In this document: positions 57,748-64,000 of the stretch, piece by piece | Position numbering within the stretch: position 1 is the first letter of the stretch | Layout of the letters: every line of letters begins with the position of its first letter | Origin: Chloroflexi bacterium bin125 | GTDB lineage: Bacteria; Chloroflexota; Dehalococcoidia; Bin125 | Direction: 5' to 3' | Assembly (NCBI GenBank): GCA_002239025.1 | Contig: MPNM01000003.1 | Location: forward strand, 39,959 to 103,958 | Length of the DNA: 64,000 bases | Made by a program: the position numbers and the translations under genes | Notes under the pieces: generated by a model | Database searches by the model: none | What the model saw: only the letters and a program-made list of their open reading frames with translations | What the model was told of the DNA's origin: nothing

Positions 57748-58218
57748 CTACCAGCGACGCCCACGGTCGGAGTAGCTCTCGCGGGAGCCACGGTCGTCGT
57801 AGCGCGGCTCGCGGTACCCACCGCCGCCGCCGCCACCACCACCGCCACGGCTCTCACGGTAGCCGCCGCCATCGCGGTAGCCGCCGCCGCCGCCACCGCC
57901 GCCACGGTCGTCACGGTAGCCGCCGCCACCGCCACCACCACCGCCGCGATAACCGCCACCACCGCCACCGCCGCCGCCCCCACGCGGTCGCGCTTCGTTG
58001 ACGCGCAGCTGGCGTCCGTCCATGTCATAGCCGTCGAGCGCGGTGATCGCGTTGCGCGCTTCTTCGTCGTCCATGTCGACGAAGCCGAAGCCGCGTGATC
58101 GGCCGCTGTCGCGGTCGACGGGGATCACGCAGTCCTGGACTTCGCCGTGCTCGGCGAAGATTTCGCGCAGTTCCTCAGAGTTTGTACGGAAGGGCAGGTT
58201 TCCAACGTAGATTCGCAT
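57748..58218 (-). CDS. RRM RNA-binding protein with Gly/Tyr/Arg-rich tail
   Basis: IYVGNL (RNP2), RGFGFV (RNP1), LRVNEARPR. Confidence 0.95.
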   Translation of the reverse strand: MRIYVGNLPFRTNSEELREIFAEHGEVQDCVIPVDRDSGRSRGFGFVDMDDEEARNAITALDGYDMDGRQLRVNEARPRGGGGGGGGGGYRGGGGGGGGGYRDDRGGGGGGGGYRDGGGYRESRGGGGGGGGGGYREPRYDDRGSRESYSDRGRRW

Positions 58219-58372
58219 ATTCCTCGGTCTCGGTGTGTCTGCACTGTCTCATTCGGTCAGAGACAGGCTTCGCGGGTCATCAAAGGCGGACGCTTCATCC
58301 GCTGATCTGGCTTGTGGGCGGTTCGTTGTTCCGATCGGGGTCTAGCTCACGCTCGACAGCTCATTGCCTGGG

Positions 58373-58588
58373 TCAGGCGGCGAGCCGCTTCATCATCGTT
58401 CGCAGGCATGCGGTGCATACGTTAAGCCGCTGGGTTTTACCGTCAACGGTTACTTTGTGTCGGTGAACATTTGGCTTGAAGGTGCGCGATGTTCGAGGCG
58501 CCTTGCGCTTCCATCGACCCGAGTGCTTGTGCCGGATGTTGCGGCCGAACGTGGTCCGCTTGTCACAGAGGTCACATTTGCCGGCCAT
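58373..58588 (-). CDS. rpmB: 50S ribosomal protein L28 (Zn-binding C+ form)
   Basis: MAGKCDLC.K...G.N..H...R.FKPN...VCTACLR. Confidence 0.95.
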   Translation of the reverse strand: MAGKCDLCDKRTTFGRNIRHKHSGRWKRKAPRTSRTFKPNVHRHKVTVDGKTQRLNVCTACLRTMMKRLAA

Positions 58589-58727
58589 CGTTCCGTCCTC
58601 AATCCGTCTTTCACGCACGCAGCAGTTTCGGCTGTCGCCGGTGCGTGGCAGGTATCATACCAGCACCCTAGCGGGGTTCTGAGCATGCGACGGCGACGAT
58701 ATCGGCACTCTATACGGGAGGCTACAG

Positions 58728-60344
58728 ATGGTCGGACCGGATGTGAGCGAGACCAAGGTGCAGGGCCTGAGCGGCGAGGACGTGAAGCGGATGATCCAGG
58801 GCGCGGCAGGCTGGGTCGCGCTGCATCGCGAGGCGTTGAATCTGATCAATGTCTATCCCGTCCCCGACGGCGACACCGGAGCCAATCTGGGTCGCACTCT
58901 TGCGGCCGCCAGTGAAGCGCTTGGGGCGACTGACAACGAAGCTCCGGCGCACGAGATTGCCGCCGCAGCCGCCTCAGCGGCATTGCTGGGCGGACGTGGC
59001 AGCTCGGGCGTGATCGGCGCGCAGTGGCTGCGTGGGTTTGCGGCCGGACTCGGGCAGGATGCAGACGATTCGCTGGCAATCGCGTTCAACAGTGCCGCCG
59101 AGGCGGCTCGCAATGCAGTGACGGAGCCTCGCGACGGCACGATGATCTCGGTGGCCGCCGACACTGCTGACGCAGTCGCGTCGGTGACGGGTGGTCCAAT
59201 GGCGCAGATGCAGGAGGCGGTCGCCGCTGCGTACAAGTCGGTTGAGTACACGCCGGAGCAGAATCCGGTGTTGAAGGATGCCGGCGTCGTCGACGCGGGT
59301 GCGCGCGGTCTCGAGTTCATGCTGCGTGGAATGGCCGGCGCACTGGCCGGCGAACCGATTCCTGAGGTCCCGGCAGAACTGGGCGCCATCGATCCCGGCT
59401 GGCTCGCGCGACGACTGGACTCGGGCAGCGATTTCGATGGCTTCTGTACCGAGTTGGTTGTGGCCAATGTCGCTGACATCGAGGGATTGCGCGAGGTGCT
59501 GGCCGGCGACGATGAAACCGTCATGCTCGCGCCGGACGGCGAGGACCTGCGCATTCACCTGCACACCGACGAGCCGGCAGATGCCTACGCCGCTGCTGAT
59601 AGCGCCGGACAGATCCGTATCTTCCGCGCGGTTGATATGCGCGCCCAGGCCGCACGAACGCACGAATCGCAATCGGATGCCGCTGTCGTCGCGGTCGCCC
59701 AGGGAAGCGGATTCGTTCGGGTCTTTAGCGAGCTCGGCGCGGCGGCGATCGTCTCCGGCGGCGCGGCCGACAATCCCTCGGTCGAGATGCTGTTCTCGGC
59801 GGCTGAGTCCGTTAAGGGTGAGGATGTAATCATCCTGCCCAACAATCACAACGTCACCCCAGCGGCTGAACGGGCGGGGGAACTTGCAGCCGAGGCCGAT
59901 CAGCCGCAGCGGATCCATGTCATCCACAATGACAGTCAGGCTGAGGGCGTGGCCGCGCTGGCGGCGGTGATCGGCGGCGTGCCGATCGAGGATGTCGTGG
60001 CGGAAATGGAAGAGGCGCTCGATGCCGTTCGCATCGGTCGCGTGACACACGCAGCGCGTACGGTGGAAGGCGATGTTCCGATCGCCCAGGGTCAGCCGTT
60101 CGCCATGCTCGATGGTGAGATCGTCGGCGCAGGCGAGTCGATCGACAAGGTCGCTCTGACGCTGGCAACCCAGATGGCCGAGTCACTATCCGGCGCTTCG
60201 CTATTCACCCTGTACGTCGGGGAAGATGTATCGGAAGAACAGGCCGATGCGCTGGCAGAGGCCATTGAAGAGTCAACCGATCTCGAAGTCGACCTGATCG
60301 AGGGCGGCCAGCCCCACTATCCGTGGCTCATGGCGCTTGAGTAG
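58728..60344 (+). CDS. fakA: DAK2-domain fatty acid kinase subunit A
   Basis: INVYPVPDGDTG.N, GVVDAGA, FCTE, NPS, GGQPHY. Confidence 0.92.
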   Translation: MVGPDVSETKVQGLSGEDVKRMIQGAAGWVALHREALNLINVYPVPDGDTGANLGRTLAAASEALGATDNEAPAHEIAAAAASAALLGGRGSSGVIGAQWLRGFAAGLGQDADDSLAIAFNSAAEAARNAVTEPRDGTMISVAADTADAVASVTGGPMAQMQEAVAAAYKSVEYTPEQNPVLKDAGVVDAGARGLEFMLRGMAGALAGEPIPEVPAELGAIDPGWLARRLDSGSDFDGFCTELVVANVADIEGLREVLAGDDETVMLAPDGEDLRIHLHTDEPADAYAAADSAGQIRIFRAVDMRAQAARTHESQSDAAVVAVAQGSGFVRVFSELGAAAIVSGGAADNPSVEMLFSAAESVKGEDVIILPNNHNVTPAAERAGELAAEADQPQRIHVIHNDSQAEGVAALAAVIGGVPIEDVVAEMEEALDAVRIGRVTHAARTVEGDVPIAQGQPFAMLDGEIVGAGESIDKVALTLATQMAESLSGASLFTLYVGEDVSEEQADALAEAIEESTDLEVDLIEGGQPHYPWLMALE

Positions 60345-60397
60345 CGCCTTGGTCTCGGCACTGGAAGAGTCGCAACAGTTCAAGTAGGATAGAACAT

Positions 60398-61246
60398 ATG
60401 TCCATCGCTGTAGTCACTGATTCCGCCTCCGACCTAGAGCAGGGCCAGATCCCGGGGATCTCGGTTGTCCCATTGCATCTGCACTTTGGCGACGAGCAGT
60501 TCAATGACGGCGTCACGCTGACCAAGCCTGAGTTCTGGCAGCGACTGGATCGGACCGTCGAAGAGGGCGGCGTATTGCCCACAACGTCCCAGCCTGCGCC
60601 CGGGGTGTTTCGGGACATCTACCAGGGGCTGATCGACGATGGCGCCGACGGGATCGTCTCGGTCCACCTGAGCGGCAAGCTGTCGGGCACGTTGAATTCC
60701 GCCAGACAGGGGGCGTCGCTATTGGAGAACGCGCCCCCGATTGAGTTTGTCGATACTTCTTCGGCATCGCTGGCCGTCGGTTGGGCGTCCGAGGCGGCGC
60801 TCGCTGCAATCAACGAAGGAGCCGGCGTAACTGAGGCGGCAGCGGCTGCGCAGGAGCAGGCTGGCAGAACACGGACACTGCTATTCGTCGAGACGCTTGA
60901 TTATCTGCTGCGCGGCGGGCGAATTGGTCGGGCTCGACAGCTCGCAGGGAAATTACTGCGCATGCGGCCGCTGTTGGAACTGGTTGAAGGAGAAGTCGCC
61001 GATGTCGAGCGGCCACGTACACGCAAGAAGGCGCTCGACCGGTTGTACGCCCAGATCATGTCGAACGGCGAGCCTGAACGCGTCGCGATTCTTCACGGTC
61101 AGGCCGATGCGGATGCGAGTGCATTGGCCAAGCGGGTCTCGGATGCTTGCGGGGGGATGGTTGTCCCGATCGTGTTGAGCAGCCCGGTCCTGGGAGCACA
61201 CATCGGGCCGGGCACGGTCGGCGCAACGGTGCTGCGCAAGAGCTAA
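60398..61246 (+). CDS. fakB: DegV family fatty acid-binding protein
   Basis: VVTDSASDL, TTSQP, LSGTLNSA, GAHIGPG. Confidence 0.93.
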   Translation: MSIAVVTDSASDLEQGQIPGISVVPLHLHFGDEQFNDGVTLTKPEFWQRLDRTVEEGGVLPTTSQPAPGVFRDIYQGLIDDGADGIVSVHLSGKLSGTLNSARQGASLLENAPPIEFVDTSSASLAVGWASEAALAAINEGAGVTEAAAAAQEQAGRTRTLLFVETLDYLLRGGRIGRARQLAGKLLRMRPLLELVEGEVADVERPRTRKKALDRLYAQIMSNGEPERVAILHGQADADASALAKRVSDACGGMVVPIVLSSPVLGAHIGPGTVGATVLRKS

Positions 61247-63759
61247 TGACCACCCAGCGCCGGCCGACGCAGACGCTTCAGTCCATGCTGGCGCTGGAGG
61301 AAAAGCTGGGCTACCTCGATCGGGCGGTTTCGGGCGGCCTCGATACGTACTTGCGCAACGTGCTCAAGGAGGGAGATCAGCGTCAGTTCTTCACACGTAT
61401 CGTTGCAGCGCTGCCGAGGGAGGGTTACGCGTCGCTCTCACCGGAGCAGCGACGCAGTTGGGCTGTCAATGTCGTAGCAGCGCTCAAACCTGGATCGCCG
61501 GCAAAGGGCGCCACGTCCCGTCAGTCGAAGCAGGAACCTCGGACTACGCTTGAAGCCGCCGAACCTCGCCGTAAAGCCACACGAGCCAAATCGGCTCGGC
61601 GTCGGCCGGCTGCGACATTCGAAGACGACGACCCGCTCGCGCGCGACGTATCGGTGTTGGGACGCATCCCGTCGCAATCGCGCAAGGCGATGACGACGCT
61701 GGGGATCAACACGGTCTACGACCTGCTCTGGCATCTGCCACGTCGCTACGAGGACTGGCGCAATGTCCGCTCGATCTCCGACGCATTGGAAGGCATCGAG
61801 CTGACCATCGTCGGTGAGATCGCCAGCATTGGTGTGAAGTACTTACGCAAGGGACGGCAGGCGACTGAGGCGGTCGTGCGCGACGGCTCTGGCAGTCTGC
61901 GCGTCTGGTGGTGGTCGCAGCCCTACCTGGCGCGCACGTTGCGTCCAGGCATGCGAGTCGGCCTCTCCGGCAGGATCGATGTGCGCGGACGCCAGCTGCA
62001 GATGGTCTCGCCCGAGTGGGAGCGGCTCGACGATCCGGACGACGACACGGTGCATGTTGGTCGTCTCTCTCCGGTCTATCCGCGCTCGAAGGGGCTGCCC
62101 AATCGGACGATCCGACGACTGGCGCACGTGGCGGTGCGCGACTATCTGCCGCTGCTGGCGGAGTCGTTGCCGCCGCACATCGTGCTCGAGCACCAGTTCC
62201 CCTCCGAGGCCGACGCGCTGCGGATGATCCACTTCCCCGAGGAAATGACGGATCTCGACGCGGCCCGGCAGCGAATCGCATTTCAGGAACTGCTCTCGAT
62301 TCAACTTGCGGTCCTGTCGCGAAAACGCGAGGCGCGACTCCGTTCGGACGCGCCACCGATCGCAATGCCCGGCGATTTTCTCGACACATTTCTTGGAGCG
62401 CTGCCATTCGAATTGACCGTCGCCCAGCAGCGTGTGTTGACCGAGATCCGGAACGACATGTTCCACCGCGAGCCGATGGCCCGGTTGTTGCAGGGTGATG
62501 TCGGGTCGGGCAAGACCGTGGTCGCCGCCGCAGCCATGTTGGCCTCGGTGCGGGCCGGCCATCAGACCGTGCTGATGGCGCCGACCGAGGTGCTGGCCTC
62601 GCAGCACTTCGAGACCTTCCAACGGCTCTTCGCCGGGCAGGACCACGCCGACGGTGACCAGCTCTGGCATAACTACAGCCTGGCTCCAGCACTGGGGCGT
62701 CCGGTGCGGATGGCGCTGTTGACGGGCAGTGTGCGGGCCGCGCGCAAACGGCAGATTCACCAGGAGATGGAGAGCGGCATGCTCGACCTGGTGGTCGGCA
62801 CGCACGCACTGATCCAGGAGAGCGCCAACTTCAAAGACCTCGGCCTCGCCGTCGTCGATGAGCAGCACCGATTCGGCGTCCTGCAGCGCGATGCGCTGCG
62901 CAGCAAGGGTCGCAGTCCGCATTTGTTGGTGATGACAGCGACGCCGATTCCACGAACGCTGGCGCTGACGGTCTACGGCGAGTTGGACTCATCGGTGATC
63001 GACGAACTGCCGCCAGGTCGGCTACGTGTGCAAACGCAGATCGTGGCGCCATCGGACCGCGAGGAGATCGTCTACCGGCGCATCCGCGAAGAAGCGAAGT
63101 TGGGCCGACAGTCGTTCGTCATTTGTCCATTGGTCGAGGAGTCGGACAAGCTCGAAGCCGAAGCCGCGACGGAGCAGTTCGAGTCTCTGCGCAACGGCCC
63201 GTTGCGTGAACTGGCGTCTCGGATCCGGCTGCTGCATGGGCGGATGTCGTCGGAGGACAAGCAGTCGGTGATGGCCGATCTGGCCAACGGCGATGCCGAC
63301 GTGCTGGTCTCGACGATCGTGGTCGAAGTCGGCGTCGACTTGCCCAGGGCCACAGTGATGGCGATTGAGGGCGCGGATCGGTTCGGCCTGGCGCAGTTGC
63401 ACCAGCTGCGCGGACGCGTGGGACGCAGCGACATGGAGTCGGTCTGTTACCTGATCTCGGAAACCGAACTGGACCAGAGTCGTCAGCGGTTGGAACTGAT
63501 GGTGCAGACGTCGAACGGATTCGAGCTGGCCGAGGCCGACCTCGAGATGCGAGGTCCGGGCGAGTACTTCGGAACGCGTCAGTCAGGCTTGCCCGAGCTG
63601 CGCGTCGCCAAGCTCACCGATCACGAGACGTTGAATCTGGCGAGGAACTGGGCCAACCGGATCCTGGATGAAGATCCACACCTGCGCGCCCCCGAGCATC
63701 GGCTGCTGAGAGATCGGGCCAAGGGATTTGACGTCTCAGGTGCGACGGCAGTGCACTAG
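61246..63759 (+). CDS. recG: ATP-dependent DNA helicase RecG
   Basis: LLQGDVGSGKT, DEQHRFG, MTATPIPR, QLRGRVGR, RGPGE. Confidence 0.97.
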   Translation: MTTQRRPTQTLQSMLALEEKLGYLDRAVSGGLDTYLRNVLKEGDQRQFFTRIVAALPREGYASLSPEQRRSWAVNVVAALKPGSPAKGATSRQSKQEPRTTLEAAEPRRKATRAKSARRRPAATFEDDDPLARDVSVLGRIPSQSRKAMTTLGINTVYDLLWHLPRRYEDWRNVRSISDALEGIELTIVGEIASIGVKYLRKGRQATEAVVRDGSGSLRVWWWSQPYLARTLRPGMRVGLSGRIDVRGRQLQMVSPEWERLDDPDDDTVHVGRLSPVYPRSKGLPNRTIRRLAHVAVRDYLPLLAESLPPHIVLEHQFPSEADALRMIHFPEEMTDLDAARQRIAFQELLSIQLAVLSRKREARLRSDAPPIAMPGDFLDTFLGALPFELTVAQQRVLTEIRNDMFHREPMARLLQGDVGSGKTVVAAAAMLASVRAGHQTVLMAPTEVLASQHFETFQRLFAGQDHADGDQLWHNYSLAPALGRPVRMALLTGSVRAARKRQIHQEMESGMLDLVVGTHALIQESANFKDLGLAVVDEQHRFGVLQRDALRSKGRSPHLLVMTATPIPRTLALTVYGELDSSVIDELPPGRLRVQTQIVAPSDREEIVYRRIREEAKLGRQSFVICPLVEESDKLEAEAATEQFESLRNGPLRELASRIRLLHGRMSSEDKQSVMADLANGDADVLVSTIVVEVGVDLPRATVMAIEGADRFGLAQLHQLRGRVGRSDMESVCYLISETELDQSRQRLELMVQTSNGFELAEADLEMRGPGEYFGTRQSGLPELRVAKLTDHETLNLARNWANRILDEDPHLRAPEHRLLRDRAKGFDVSGATAVH

Positions 63760-63881
63760 AAGGCACTTGATCGGCTGGCAGTTGCTGTGCCACCCACAGC
63801 AGTTGGTAGAGTTTCCGAGAAGAGGATCGTTCTCTATCGGACTCGAGTTGCACATTAGAGGACGCAACGCTGGGAGACGAA

Positions 63882-64000
63882 ATGACCACTGACTCCGACA
63901 CCCGGCAGGCAATCTCGCAGGCGCTTCGCAAAGCCCTCAGGCAGGCCCAAAACGATGGTGTCCTCCCGCCGATAACGCCGCCCGAACTGACAGTTGTGCG
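63882..64000 (+). CDS. argS: Probable arginyl-tRNA synthetase N-terminus (runs off window)
   Basis: GGGAG SD; MTTDSDTRQAISQALRKALRQAQNDGVLPP resembles ArgS N-terminal helix; only 39 codons visible. Confidence 0.5.
   Translation, partial: MTTDSDTRQAISQALRKALRQAQNDGVLPPITPPELTVV

Noticed and set aside
57800-57985. GCC/ACC-rich low-complexity tract and Ala/Thr- or Arg/His-rich ORFs
   Set aside because: Explained by the Gly-rich tail of the RRM protein on the minus strand
58219-58372. Riboswitch or ncRNA upstream of the RRM gene
   Set aside because: One hairpin (CTGTCTC...GAGACAG) but no recognisable family motif; no tRNA or rRNA was seen anywhere in the window

Overview
This is a high-GC bacterial chromosomal window. 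Gene content and style suggest Chloroflexota, probably Dehalococcoidia-related (inference). The left ~42 kb is a mosaic of catabolic genes: acyl-CoA dehydrogenase, three CaiB-type CoA transferases, two enoyl-CoA hydratases, a thiolase-like/DUF35 pair, an F420-type LLM oxidoreductase and amidohydrolases. It also holds secreted beta-propeller and lipoproteins plus accessory or defence genes (HicAB, two Fic proteins, Mrr plus a paralogue, DUF4268, VTC/DUF4956/CotH). The right ~22 kb is housekeeping: argC-J-B-D-G-H with interspersed genes, rpe, an RRM protein, rpmB, fakA/fakB, recG and the probable start of argS. The most notable signals missed by the ORF track are: (1) a thioredoxin-NHL selenoprotein with an in-frame UGA in a UxxC motif and a SECIS-like hairpin; (2) a phased array of about 12 palindromic half-sites in front of one Fic-wHTH gene and a different N9-spaced operator pair in front of the other; (3) an active Mrr translationally coupled to a membrane-anchored, catalytically degenerate Mrr paralogue; (4) several palindromic repeat families, with two MITEs nested with them; (5) candidate LexA boxes and many leaderless promoters. 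All annotations were made by eye from motifs; no database searches were run.
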